From Flavobacteriaceae bacterium (GTDB taxonomy: Bacteria; Bacteroidota; Bacteroidia; Flavobacteriales; Flavobacteriaceae), in contig JBNKYB010000041.1 of assembly GCA_050300615.1 (NCBI GenBank), positions 6,814 to 70,813 of the forward strand: a stretch of DNA of 64,000 bases, in the 5' to 3' direction. Both the position numbers and the translations under genes were made by a program. Of this stretch, positions 28,901-37,723 are shown in pieces. The notes beneath the pieces were generated by a model that had not been told where the DNA came from, made no database searches, and worked only from the letters and a program-made list of their open reading frames with translations. Positions within the stretch are counted from its first letter, which is position 1. Each line of letters starts with the position of its first letter.

Positions 28901-28935
28901 CTATAGATGATTTGCCTCCTGAGGGGTTTATGTAA
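25903..28935 (+). CDS. REC-like + REC + PEP/pyruvate-binding (PPDK_N ATP-grasp) domain protein; lacks a His-swivel domain
   Basis: 1010 aa. The second receiver-like module runs KAILMVEDS...LLGVISDVNY. The ATP-grasp signature is GDGSLGGKGRGLAF...IAVRSSSVLED. I did not see a GGxTSHAA phosphohistidine motif. Confidence 0.7.
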   Translation: MHKNSLPDLRNYEFEEVAFGELMQNRINKVLIVCSNYDFYMLEEDGRIDERIFNEYTDLNLRYPPNFVHANSAKRAIKLMAEVKIDLVITWLDIGNYNAFETSKEIKGAFPEVPIAALSFYSSELRSKLEKSNKGIIDTVFHWNGNVDIFLAIIKLTEDRMNAKRDINQIGVKAILMVEDSLKFYSRYLPIIYKILLKQTRAFMSEGLNEHRSMMLMRGRPKMLLATTYEEGLALFEKYKSNLLGVISDVNYFKDGKRDPEAGFEFLKYVRSSQRYFPFLIQSSDENNEEKTHELKGKFLYKHSETLGTDLKNYINKYFSFGDFEFWDPEQMKVLAVVKNLSEFQKALKTVTKASVAYHAKRSEYSKWLKSRALFPLANLFSNVEFDDFDDLEQIREFLIKAIRAYSIYRSKGVIVKFDKDKYDEYLGFARIGDGSLGGKGRGLAFIDSFLKRHKLFRKYEDVYISIPRTVVVSTEVFDEFIEQYDLIRFAANSNSDEEILNKFISKPLPQWVLDDIQAFLNIVKRPIAVRSSSVLEDSHFQPFAGVFATYMIPNTNDSQMLETISNAIKSVMASAFFQASKAYLKATSHTIEEDKMAVILQELTGKQYDDIYYPNISGVARSINFYPIGNEKPNEGIANIALGLGEIIVGGGRSLRFSPYHPKKVLQLSSPDSTQRDTQQYFYGLDLDPKSYKVSINEGVNKKKVTLRQAKNHPSLKFVASTYDLQNNIIRPGVLHDGIRVVTFDNVLKYGSFPLPEILKDLLHIGQREMRNPIEIEFAVNLDVPKGQPRIFSFLQIRPIVESVVTNNELPKDFNVDDAIIYTESALGNGTYDYIKNFVYVKPETFNPANTREIASAVENINKKFSEKDEQYILVGPGRWGSSDPWLGIPVIWPQISSAKIIVEAGLNDFRIDPSQGTHFFQNLTSFKVGYFTINPFMNDGSFDLDYLNKQEACYEDDYLRHICFKDPLTIIIEGKSNKAAIFKSGFKITKHQESLENSIDDLPPEGFM

Positions 28936-29073
28936 TCTAAACCTATTCAATTATAAATTGGGATAAATACTTTTTAAAACCTTATACTATTTTACGACAT
29001 AAAATTTCAATTTAATTTATTGAATTAATAAAAAATGAGAACATAAATCATTAATTAATGAATTTAATATTGG

Positions 29074-29081
29074 TATTTTTG
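29074..29081 (+). promoter_or_regulatory. candidate -7 box (TATTTTTG) upstream of gdhA-2
   Basis: Matches TAnnTTTG, 35 nt upstream of the ATG. Confidence 0.3.
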
Positions 29082-29115
29082 CATTATATTTTAAACACTT
29101 TTATATTTAAAGATT

Positions 29116-30453
29116 ATGAATGTAAAAAACATAATGACAAACCTTGAAACCAAGCATCCTGGTGAAAAGGAATACTTACAAGCAGTACATGAAGTATTGG
29201 AATCTATTGAAAGTATTTATAATGAAAATCCACAATATGAGTCCGCTAAAATAATCGAACGATTAGTTGAGCCAGACCGTGTTTTAACTTTTAGAGTTTC
29301 TTGGCTAGACGACGAAGAGCAAGTACATGTTAACTTAGGTTACAGAATACAATTTAACAATGCAATAGGCCCTTACAAAGGAGGTATCAGACTGCATCCA
29401 AGTGTTAATTTAAGTATTTTAAAATTTTTAGGTTTTGAGCAAACTTTTAAAAACGCATTAACAACTCTTCCTTTAGGGGGAGCCAAAGGTGGATCAGATT
29501 TTAATCCAAAAGGAAAATCGGACACTGAGATTATGCGTTTTTGTCAAGCTTTCATGTTAGAGTTATGGCGTATTATTGGACCTAATACAGATGTGCCTGC
29601 AGGAGATATTGGTACAGGAGGAAGAGAAATTGGGTATATGTATGGCATGTATAAAAAACTTAAATCGGAAAACACAGGGGTTCTTACAGGTAAAGGACTC
29701 AATTGGGGAGGTAGTTTAATTAGACCAGAAGCTACTGGTTTTGGTGCAACTTATTTCACCAATGAAATGTTAGTATCTAATAACGATTCTTTCAAGGGTA
29801 AAATAGTAACGGTTTCTGGTTTTGGTAATGTTGCTTGGGGTGTCGCTCTTAAAGTAACAGAACTAGGAGGTAAAGTTGTAACAATATCTGGTCCTGATGG
29901 TTATATTTATGATGAAAAAGGATTAGATGCCGATAAAATAGACTATTTGTTAGCGCTTAGAGCTTCTAATAACGATATTGTTTCTCCATATGCAGATGAG
30001 TTTCCAGAAGCTGTATTTGTTCCAGGTAAAAAACCTTGGGAGGTAAAATGTGATATCGCAATGCCAAGTGCTACACAAAATGAATTAAATGGAGAGGATG
30101 CAGCACAATTAATTGCTAATGGGGTTAAATATGTTGCTGAAGTTTCTAATATGGGATGTACTCCAGAAGCTATTGAAGTGTTGCACGACGCAAAAATTCC
30201 TTTTGGTCCCGGAAAAGCAGTTAATGCTGGTGGCGTTGGTGTTTCTGGATTAGAAATGTCGCAAAACGCTATGAAATTAAATTGGACTGTAGATGAAGTG
30301 GATGCTAAATTACATCATATGATGTCGTCAATTCATATGGCATGTATAAAATTTGGCACTGAAGATGACGGTTATGTAAACTATGTAAAAGGTGCCAATA
30401 TTGCTGGGTTTATTAAAGTAGCAGACGCTATGTTAGACCAAGGTATCGTGTAA
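29116..30453 (+). CDS. gdhA: glutamate dehydrogenase, paralog 2
   Basis: 445 aa. Same motifs as paralog 1 (KGGIRLHP, LPLGGAKGGSDFNPKG, GFGNVAWG). Roughly two-thirds identical to paralog 1 by eye. Confidence 0.95.
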   Translation: MNVKNIMTNLETKHPGEKEYLQAVHEVLESIESIYNENPQYESAKIIERLVEPDRVLTFRVSWLDDEEQVHVNLGYRIQFNNAIGPYKGGIRLHPSVNLSILKFLGFEQTFKNALTTLPLGGAKGGSDFNPKGKSDTEIMRFCQAFMLELWRIIGPNTDVPAGDIGTGGREIGYMYGMYKKLKSENTGVLTGKGLNWGGSLIRPEATGFGATYFTNEMLVSNNDSFKGKIVTVSGFGNVAWGVALKVTELGGKVVTISGPDGYIYDEKGLDADKIDYLLALRASNNDIVSPYADEFPEAVFVPGKKPWEVKCDIAMPSATQNELNGEDAAQLIANGVKYVAEVSNMGCTPEAIEVLHDAKIPFGPGKAVNAGGVGVSGLEMSQNAMKLNWTVDEVDAKLHHMMSSIHMACIKFGTEDDGYVNYVKGANIAGFIKVADAMLDQGIV

Positions 30454-30477
30454 CTTAGTACTATAATTTATAATGAA

Positions 30478-30506
30478 AAGCTTCCTTTACCGAGGAAGCT
30501 TTTTTT
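30478..30506 (+). terminator. intrinsic terminator after gdhA-2
   Basis: AAGCTTCCT-ttaccg-AGGAAGCTT followed by TTTTTT. Confidence 0.7.
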
Positions 30507-30575
30507 ATATATTTATATCATTTTAAAGTAATACTCGTTAGATATAAATATATTTGAAAGTTTAAAACAGTATCT

Positions 30576-32921
30576 ATGTTTAAAAGAATAGTTGTATTTG
30601 CTATTTATCTCTTTCCGCTCTGTTATTTCGCTCAAGATTTTTCAGCTCTTTGGAAAGGCTATTTTTCGTTTTACAATATCAAAGACGTTGTTCAAGGCAA
30701 TAATAAAATGTATGTTGCTTCAGAAAATGCTGTTTTTAGCTATGATACACAGACTAATGATATCAAAGAAATTACTACGGTAAACGGGTTGTCTGGAGAA
30801 GAAATATCTACCATTTATTATAGCGAAGCTTATCAATTATTGATGATAGGCTATGAAAACGGACTCATAGAAATTGCATTTGATAATGATGATAATGTAT
30901 TAACTCTGGTAGATATTATAGACAAAGCAACTATACCGCCACCAAACAAAAGAATCAATCACTTTAATGCCTATGGCAATGTAGTTTATGTGTCTACAGG
31001 TTATGGAATATCTGTTTTTAACTTGGACAGACTAGAGTTTGGAGATACCTATTTTATTGGAAGTTTAGGAAGTCAGACCAAAGTGAATCAAACCACCATT
31101 TTTGGCGATTATATTTATGCGGCTTGTCAAGATGGAAACGGATTGCGAAAAGCACTTATTTCAAATCCAAATCTCATAGATTATCAAAATTGGCAAACCG
31201 TTACCACAGGTGATTTTTTGGCTGTTGAAACCGTAAAAGATAACTTGTATGCTATAAGAACCAACCAAAGACTTTATAGTGTAACAAATGATGTGTTAAG
31301 TGAATTAGTATTATATGATAATCCACCGCTGGATGTAAAATCGGTTAATGATAATTTAATAGTCACCACCAAAAGCAATGTTTTTGTGTACGATGCTAAT
31401 TTTAATACTCTTTCTCAAGTAGGGATAAACGCAGATTATAATACAACGTATTCATCTGCAAGCCTTGTTTCAGATAATTTATATATAGGTACAAAAGATT
31501 TTGGAGTTTTAAAAACGGCATTCCTATCGCCAATTACATTTGAAGAGGTACATCCTGATGGCCCTTTAAGAAATAACGTCTTTTCTGTACAATCTGATTA
31601 TGGTGGTGTTTGGGCTAGTTATGGAGATTATACAATTTATTATAATCCTTCACCTTTTCGATCTTATGGATTAAGTCATTTAAAAGACGAAAGGTGGATT
31701 AATATTCCCTATGACAGTTTATTTAATTCTAGAAATTTAAACACGATTGCAATAAACCCTCTTAATACTAGTCAAGCGTTTATTAGTTCTTTTCAGGATG
31801 GGTTATTAGAAGTAGAAAATGATCAAGCAGTAATCAGGTACGATCAAACTAATAGTGGTTTAGAATCTCTTGACCTGCCTGGTAGTCCAAACTATATTAG
31901 TTTAAGGTTGTCTGGATTAGTTTTTGATAGTTCAGGATTACTGTGGTCTATAACATCTTTGCTTAAAAAGCCTTTAAAGTCTTATAACCCAAGTACCAAA
32001 GAATGGAGAAGTTATGACTTCACAAGCCTTATTAACGATCCTATTCAAGATAATTTGGGTTTTAATAATATGGTTATTGATCCTTCAGGAACAAAATTTA
32101 TCTCTTCATTTTCCAAAGGAGTTATCGGTTTTAATGAAAATAATGGAAATCCATTATTGAAAAATATAAGTGAAGAAGCTAATTTGCCAGATAAGTCTGT
32201 TAGAGCAGTTGCTTTAGATAAACGAAATCAACTTTGGATAGGTACCCATAAAGGTTTGCGGGTTTTATACAATACGTCTAACTTTTTTACCGATGATAAT
32301 GTGCAAACCAATGATATTGTTATTCTAGAAGATGGAATTGCAAAAGAATTATTGTTTGAACAATTTATTACTGATATAGAAGTAGATGGGTCTAATAACA
32401 AATGGATAGGAACCATTGGCTCTGGACTCTTTTATTTGAGTTATGATGGGCAAAAAACAATCCATCATTTTACTAAAGATAATTCTCCATTACCATCAAA
32501 CGATATACAAGATATTTCCATTGATAATACAACAGGCGAAGTCTATATTGCAACTAATAAAGGGTTAGTATCTTTTCATTCAGGAGGCTCTAATCCGCAA
32601 GAAAACTTACAAAAGGCTTATGCGTATCCAAACCCTGTTCGCCCAACGTTTAATATAGTTGATGAGAAAGTTAAGATTAAAGACATTTCAGAAAATGTCA
32701 ATATTAAAATAACCGATATTGAAGGTAATCTGGTTGCCGAAGCCCAATCCAGAACCAATTTACGTTATAATGGGTATAACCTAGAAATTGATGGTGGTAC
32801 TGCTTATTGGAACGGTAAAAACCTTGCTAATAATGTGGTGGCTTCTGGGGTTTATTTAGTGATGCTTTCCGATTTAGATACCTACGAAACCAGAGTTATA
32901 AAATTAATGGTAGTTAGATAA
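30576..32921 (+). CDS. PorZ-like T9SS protein (beta-propeller repeats plus T9SS C-terminal domain)
   Basis: 781 aa. Signal peptide, repeated two-component-regulator-propeller-like segments (WIGT..GL), and a C-terminal AYPNPV...GVYLVML...IKLMVVR sorting domain. Sits immediately upstream of recO with a 1-nt overlap. Confidence 0.55.
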   Translation: MFKRIVVFAIYLFPLCYFAQDFSALWKGYFSFYNIKDVVQGNNKMYVASENAVFSYDTQTNDIKEITTVNGLSGEEISTIYYSEAYQLLMIGYENGLIEIAFDNDDNVLTLVDIIDKATIPPPNKRINHFNAYGNVVYVSTGYGISVFNLDRLEFGDTYFIGSLGSQTKVNQTTIFGDYIYAACQDGNGLRKALISNPNLIDYQNWQTVTTGDFLAVETVKDNLYAIRTNQRLYSVTNDVLSELVLYDNPPLDVKSVNDNLIVTTKSNVFVYDANFNTLSQVGINADYNTTYSSASLVSDNLYIGTKDFGVLKTAFLSPITFEEVHPDGPLRNNVFSVQSDYGGVWASYGDYTIYYNPSPFRSYGLSHLKDERWINIPYDSLFNSRNLNTIAINPLNTSQAFISSFQDGLLEVENDQAVIRYDQTNSGLESLDLPGSPNYISLRLSGLVFDSSGLLWSITSLLKKPLKSYNPSTKEWRSYDFTSLINDPIQDNLGFNNMVIDPSGTKFISSFSKGVIGFNENNGNPLLKNISEEANLPDKSVRAVALDKRNQLWIGTHKGLRVLYNTSNFFTDDNVQTNDIVILEDGIAKELLFEQFITDIEVDGSNNKWIGTIGSGLFYLSYDGQKTIHHFTKDNSPLPSNDIQDISIDNTTGEVYIATNKGLVSFHSGGSNPQENLQKAYAYPNPVRPTFNIVDEKVKIKDISENVNIKITDIEGNLVAEAQSRTNLRYNGYNLEIDGGTAYWNGKNLANNVVASGVYLVMLSDLDTYETRVIKLMVVR

Positions 32922-33640
32922 TGATTGTTTCAACCCATGCAATTGTAATTTCAAAATTACGATATCGCGATCATGATTTAATTGTAAAGTGTTACACGCA
33001 GCAATACGGGGTGCTGAGCTTTTTATTACGAGGTGTTTTAAAAAGTAAAAAAGGACTTGCTAAAACAGCCTATTTTCAATTATTAACGCAATTACAATTG
33101 GTTATTGTTTATAACCCAAATAGGTCGTTGCATTCCATAAAAGAAGCCAAACTTAACCATTTGTACAGCAGCCTACATTCTAATGTTTTAAAAAGTGCTA
33201 TTGTTATGTTTTTGGCCGAAGTGCTGTCAAGTATTTTAAAGGAAGAAGAAGAAAACAGCACGCTTTTTAGCTATATAGAAACCACCTTATTGTGGCTAGA
33301 TACACATACCGAATGCTCAAACTTTCATTTGCTTTTTTTATTAAACTTAACAAAGTATCTGGGGTTTTATCCTGAAAATACCACAGCCGATGTTCCGTTT
33401 TTTAACCTTCAAGATGGTAAGTTTCAATCTAAACCAATGGGATTGTATACGATATCTGGTGATAATTTTAACCTGTTAAAGCAATTGCTTGACACTAAGT
33501 TTGATGAGTTGTCTCAGTTAAAGATAAATTCCAAGCAGAGACAGGCATTTTTAAACATGATGCTACAGTATTACGAACTCCATTTAGGCGATTTTAAAAA
33601 ACCAAAATCGCTACACATATTAAATCAAGTTTTTAGTTAA
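32921..33640 (+). CDS. recO: DNA repair protein RecO
   Basis: 239 aa. N-terminal OB-fold pattern AIVISKLRYRDHDLIVKCYT...LLRGVLKSKKG, typical of flavobacterial RecO. Confidence 0.8.
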   Translation: MIVSTHAIVISKLRYRDHDLIVKCYTQQYGVLSFLLRGVLKSKKGLAKTAYFQLLTQLQLVIVYNPNRSLHSIKEAKLNHLYSSLHSNVLKSAIVMFLAEVLSSILKEEEENSTLFSYIETTLLWLDTHTECSNFHLLFLLNLTKYLGFYPENTTADVPFFNLQDGKFQSKPMGLYTISGDNFNLLKQLLDTKFDELSQLKINSKQRQAFLNMMLQYYELHLGDFKKPKSLHILNQVFS

Positions 33641-33656
33641 ATAACAGATTTTAAAT

Positions 33657-36206
33657 TTATTTTAAAATAGCTTTTTTAGTAACTAAAGCACCATTCGATA
33701 ATTCAATATTTGCAATAAAAATGGATTGATTTAAATGAGGAAGCTTATACGTTTCTTCATTACGACTTCCTTTTAATTGATATAATTGACGCCCTAACAA
33801 ATCAAAAATGGTAATCGTTTTAATGTTGAGGTTGTTAGATGCTTTAAAGTTTACATGTGTATTATCAACTTGTGAAACTTTTACTGTCGAGTCATCCAAT
33901 TGAACGTCTGCCGTAGATAAGGTGCTACTGGTTTTAAACACAATTTCAAATCGGTCGTTAAACTCGCCAACGTCTGAGGTAAATGTATAATCGGAGGTTG
34001 ATAAATCGTGTAAGGTCTTGGTAAGGTTGTCAAGTAAATAGATTGTGTTATTACTTAAAAAATCACCTTGTAATTTTGCTATGGACAAAGTGTATAGGGT
34101 TGGCACATCAATTTGAGTACTAAAACCTAGGTTTATAATTTCATCCTTATTTAAACTGGTTTCAGATTTACCTTGTATAGCAAAGGCTTTGTTTAAACCG
34201 TCAATTGTTGAATATAAAATAGCAGCTTTACTACTAGAATTTTTTTCTGCATCAAAATAAGAGCCATCATAATTGTTGGTAGCGCCTTTAACATATCCTA
34301 TGAGTGTTTGATTGAACACACCGTTATTTGAGGTTAAATTTACCCAAAGCTTATTTATGCTTGATGTTGATGATTTAGATTTTGTGTTTGAATTTTTAAA
34401 AAACTGACTATTATCTGAAGCACCTTTTACACGCATGGAGTTATTGAAAGTCACTGTACCCTGAGCAATAGTATGACCATCGCTATTAACAGTTGTTGAA
34501 ATAGGTGTAGCTGTATCAGACATAGAAATAAAAAAACCTTGTCCTGAAGGGATAAGTCTATTTGGTTTTACTCCATCTCCACCTGCAGTTTGACCAGTTC
34601 CATTAATGATGGCATAATCGGAATCAGAAAAATTACGATCTTCATTACCATTTGCTGTTGAAGAGGGTTCTGTGTTTTGAGACCATAAATAAATAGCGCC
34701 ATCCATATAGGCATTCCCTTCATAACTAATTCCTTCAACATCTTGGGCAATATTGGTATTTGTATCCAGAAATAATTGAGCGTCTATAGCAGACGGATAA
34801 GGATTTCCTATAAAATTCAAGTTGTCATCAGCTTTGTAAGAGTCATTCCTGTATATGGGGACGGTAACAACTCCATTATTAAAAGGACCTTCAAAAATAT
34901 ATTTAAATTGATAAGGTGGATTTTCAAAGGGAATAATAAAACCAGCTTCGTCATGAGTTGAAGCATAACCAATACCGGGTTCCATAATATCTGTAGCACT
35001 TACTGGTTGCCATGCATCACCATTATCATCAATACCATCAGAGCCAGGGTCTGTAGCTCCATTATTATTACTTTCCATAGTGGCATCTAAATAGTTTTTG
35101 GCATCGAATTTAAAGCGTCTATGTACATCAGAAAAACTTAAGGCAACTCCTATTTCAGGTTGAAAGACAGGGGAACTCCAATAGGTGTATTCGTACCATC
35201 TATTCATAGGAGCTGTTAATTTTTCAACTTTAATTTTAGTTTTGTCTGTTAAAACATCTCCGTTAACATCTCCAAAATCATTTTTTTGCACAAAAGCACC
35301 ATAGGGGTTAACAATAATAGTTCCATCAACAGTTAAATCATTTTGCACTTCAACATAGGTGTTATCAGCAATTGTTAAGCTAGCACCAGAATTAACTGTT
35401 AAACTACAGGCAGAAAAACTTCCTTCAATTGATGAATCGTAAGAACCATTAATTTGAACTTCATTTGTAATATCAGGACCAACAATATTACTCCATGTTG
35501 AAGTAGCTCCATCCCAAATTACTAATGAACTGCAAGGAATAAGAGTACCCCAAATTTCTATATTATCAATTGCTATATCTTCATCACCGGAGTCAAGAGA
35601 AAACTCGATTTGGATATCCAATAAGTTTCCAGTTCCTGAAATTGATTGAGCGAATTGAGAAAATGTATCTGTTATTTCTGTAGAATCACCAGTTTCGTCA
35701 AAATTTGCATCAATAAAAGGCGCAGAGTTATATGTGCTCCCATCATTTTCAATCCATAATAAAGGAGAAAATGAACCGCTGCTATCTAAATCATAATTAA
35801 AATGTACATAGTCGAGTATATCCCAATCTTGATTTGTCCCAGCATCATCCTCCGCCAAATGGACTCTAAATTCGAGATTTGAATATCCACTTATATTTAT
35901 ATTATTAATTAAAAGATTTACTGGTAAAACGGCACCTTCTCCATCAATATCTTGTGCTGCAAAATAATATGTTCCTTGTATATTTGAAAAGATTTCTGAA
36001 CTAATGTTTGAACCATTTGTTCTAATAAAATAATCTTGACCGTTACCTGTAGCTTGATTCGTAAATTCTGGAATACTTGTTAAATAGCCTCCAGGAGTTT
36101 CAAATGTTATTTCGGCTAATTTTGTCTGACCATACCCAAAAGACACGGCGAAAAATAGCGTTAATAATAGCGACGGAAATTTTATAGGAGTAATTTTTGT
36201 ATTCAT
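33657..36206 (-). CDS. large secreted T9SS cargo protein (adhesin-like; function unknown)
   Basis: 849 aa. Signal peptide, rich in Asn/Asp/Gly/Ser/Thr. The C-terminal ~80 aa (ITIFDLLGRQLYQL...ALVTKKAILK) matches a T9SS type A sorting domain. Confidence 0.75.
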   Translation of the reverse strand: MNTKITPIKFPSLLLTLFFAVSFGYGQTKLAEITFETPGGYLTSIPEFTNQATGNGQDYFIRTNGSNISSEIFSNIQGTYYFAAQDIDGEGAVLPVNLLINNINISGYSNLEFRVHLAEDDAGTNQDWDILDYVHFNYDLDSSGSFSPLLWIENDGSTYNSAPFIDANFDETGDSTEITDTFSQFAQSISGTGNLLDIQIEFSLDSGDEDIAIDNIEIWGTLIPCSSLVIWDGATSTWSNIVGPDITNEVQINGSYDSSIEGSFSACSLTVNSGASLTIADNTYVEVQNDLTVDGTIIVNPYGAFVQKNDFGDVNGDVLTDKTKIKVEKLTAPMNRWYEYTYWSSPVFQPEIGVALSFSDVHRRFKFDAKNYLDATMESNNNGATDPGSDGIDDNGDAWQPVSATDIMEPGIGYASTHDEAGFIIPFENPPYQFKYIFEGPFNNGVVTVPIYRNDSYKADDNLNFIGNPYPSAIDAQLFLDTNTNIAQDVEGISYEGNAYMDGAIYLWSQNTEPSSTANGNEDRNFSDSDYAIINGTGQTAGGDGVKPNRLIPSGQGFFISMSDTATPISTTVNSDGHTIAQGTVTFNNSMRVKGASDNSQFFKNSNTKSKSSTSSINKLWVNLTSNNGVFNQTLIGYVKGATNNYDGSYFDAEKNSSSKAAILYSTIDGLNKAFAIQGKSETSLNKDEIINLGFSTQIDVPTLYTLSIAKLQGDFLSNNTIYLLDNLTKTLHDLSTSDYTFTSDVGEFNDRFEIVFKTSSTLSTADVQLDDSTVKVSQVDNTHVNFKASNNLNIKTITIFDLLGRQLYQLKGSRNEETYKLPHLNQSIFIANIELSNGALVTKKAILK

Positions 36207-36276
36207 ATGCGTTCAAATTAAACTTTGTGTTTTTTAAATGCCTAATATGTCTGTTTCAATTGTTACTTTTGGGTTT

Positions 36277-36750
36277 ATGCAAACCAAAAAAACATATACG
36301 GTACAAGAAGCTACCAAAAAATTAGAGCATTATTGTGCGTATCAAGAACGTTGTCATCAAGAGGTTAAAAACAAGCTAACCAATATGCATATGATTCCTG
36401 AGGCTATCGATGTGATTATCGTTCACCTGTTAGAACATAACTTTCTTAATGAAGAACGTTTTGCCAAAACATTTGCTAGCGGTAAGTTTAAAATTAAGAA
36501 TTGGGGGAAACGTCGAATTGCTTTTGAACTTAAGAAAAAAGACGTTTCCAAAATTAATATAAATCAAGCACTTACAGAAATAACTGACGAGGAGTACATC
36601 GATGTTTTTAATGATTTAGCCGAGAAAAGAGTTAATTTAATCCAAGAATCCAACGTTTTTAAAAAGCGGAAAAAGTTTGTTGACTATTTTTTATACCGTG
36701 GCTGGGAGTCGCATTTGGTGTATGAAAAGGCGAATGAGTTGATACAATAA
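36277..36750 (+). CDS. recX: RecX regulatory protein
   Basis: Start taken at MQTKKTYTVQEATKKLEHYCAYQERCHQEV, the typical RecX N-terminus. Three helical repeats, about 157 aa. Confidence 0.8.
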   Translation: MQTKKTYTVQEATKKLEHYCAYQERCHQEVKNKLTNMHMIPEAIDVIIVHLLEHNFLNEERFAKTFASGKFKIKNWGKRRIAFELKKKDVSKININQALTEITDEEYIDVFNDLAEKRVNLIQESNVFKKRKKFVDYFLYRGWESHLVYEKANELIQ

Positions 36751-36752
36751 CT

Positions 36753-37208
36753 CGTCATTACGAAGGAGGCACGACTGAAGTAATCTGTTTAATAGGAGTT
36801 TATAAATCGTGAGATTGCTTCGCTTTGCTCGCAATGAGGGTTCCATGTCGTCACTACGAGGAATTTATAACGTGGGGGTCTTTAACGTTGTAGTTATAAT
36901 CATTAGATTGCTTCACTGCGTTCGCAATGACGTTTATTTCGTCATTACGAAGGAAGTATGACTGAAGTAAACTGTTTAATAGGAGTTTATAAATCGTGAG
37001 ATTGCTTTGTTGAGCTCGCAATGACGTTTCCATGTCGTCACTGTGAGGAATTTATAACGTGGCAGTCTTTACTTTGTTTATAATCATAAGATTGCTTCGC
37101 TTTGCTCGCAATGACGTTTATTTCGTCATTACGAAGGAAGTATGACTGAAGTAATCTGTTTAAAAGGAGTTTAAATCATGAGATTGCTTAGCACTGCTCG
37201 CAATGACG
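36753..37208. repeat. five contiguous palindromic ~85-nt repeat units in A-B-A-B-A order
   Basis: A units: 36753-36838, 36940-37026, 37124-37208. B units: 36849-36932, 37036-37116. Each starts CGTCA(T/C)T(A/G)(C/T)GA and ends TCGCAATGA(C/G)G (terminal inverted repeat). Each has an inner inverted repeat (A: GAAGTAATCT/AGATTGCTTC). Confidence 0.85.
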
Positions 37209-37243
37209 TTCAGAAAGAATACAAGAAATCATTATATTTATTC

Positions 37244-37543
37244 ATGCACAAATCATATGTCTATTTTATGACTAATAAAAACAACACCGTTATTTATATT
37301 GGTGTTACCAATGATTTATTAAAAAGAGTATATCAGCATAAAACAAAATCTTATAAAGGGTTTACACAGAAATATAATTGTAATAAATTGGTTTATTTTG
37401 AAGAGTTTACAGATATAAACCAAGCTATTTTAAGAGAAAAGCAATTAAAATCTGGAAACAGAAAACGAAAAAAGGATTTGATTAACGCTACCAATCCAGA
37501 GTGGAATGATTTATCTGATGGCTGGCTCTTTTATTTTGATTAA
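37244..37543 (+). CDS. GIY-YIG nuclease-superfamily mini-protein (UPF0213/COG2827-like)
   Basis: Start taken at MHKSYVYFMTNKNNTVIYIGVTNDL (the GIY..YIG motif). R/E catalytic region LREKQLKSGNRKRK. About 99 aa. The track's upstream 22 aa (MRLLSTARNDV...) are translated repeat sequence. Confidence 0.85.
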   Translation: MHKSYVYFMTNKNNTVIYIGVTNDLLKRVYQHKTKSYKGFTQKYNCNKLVYFEEFTDINQAILREKQLKSGNRKRKKDLINATNPEWNDLSDGWLFYFD

Positions 37544-37568
37544 AATTACGTTATTACTAAGAAAAACT

Positions 37569-37654
37569 CGTTATTACGAAGTAGGTACGGCTGAAGTAAT
37601 CTATTTAAATGAGTTTATAAATCATAAGATTGCTTCGCTCCGCTCGCAATGACG
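37569..37654. repeat. sixth A-type palindromic repeat unit, downstream of the GIY-YIG gene
   Basis: CGTTATTACGAAGTAGG...GAAGTAATCT...AGATTGCTTCGCTCCGCTCGCAATGACG. Confidence 0.8.
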
Positions 37655-37667
37655 ATTACAGATGAAC

Positions 37668-37705
37668 AAAAAAGCTGAAAACAATCATCTTGTTTTCAGC
37701 TTTTT
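37668..37705. terminator. bidirectional intrinsic terminator
   Basis: AAAAAAGCTGAAAACA-atcatct-TGTTTTCAGCTTTTT, with an A-run and a T-run on either side. Confidence 0.7.
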
Positions 37706-37723
37706 AAATAGTATAAAGAGCTT

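Noticed and set aside
37178-37243. N-terminal 22 aa of the track ORF 37178..37543 (MRLLSTARNDVQKEYKKSLYLF)
   Set aside because: This part is a translation of the last palindromic repeat unit. The GIY-YIG domain begins at the internal Met (MHKSYVYFMTNK), so I moved the start to 37244.
36753-37654. Possible CRISPR array, because short repeats recur at regular intervals
   Set aside because: The units are contiguous with no unique spacers. They come in two alternating types, are themselves long palindromes of about 85 nt, and no cas genes are present. This fits a REP/MITE-like repeat family better.
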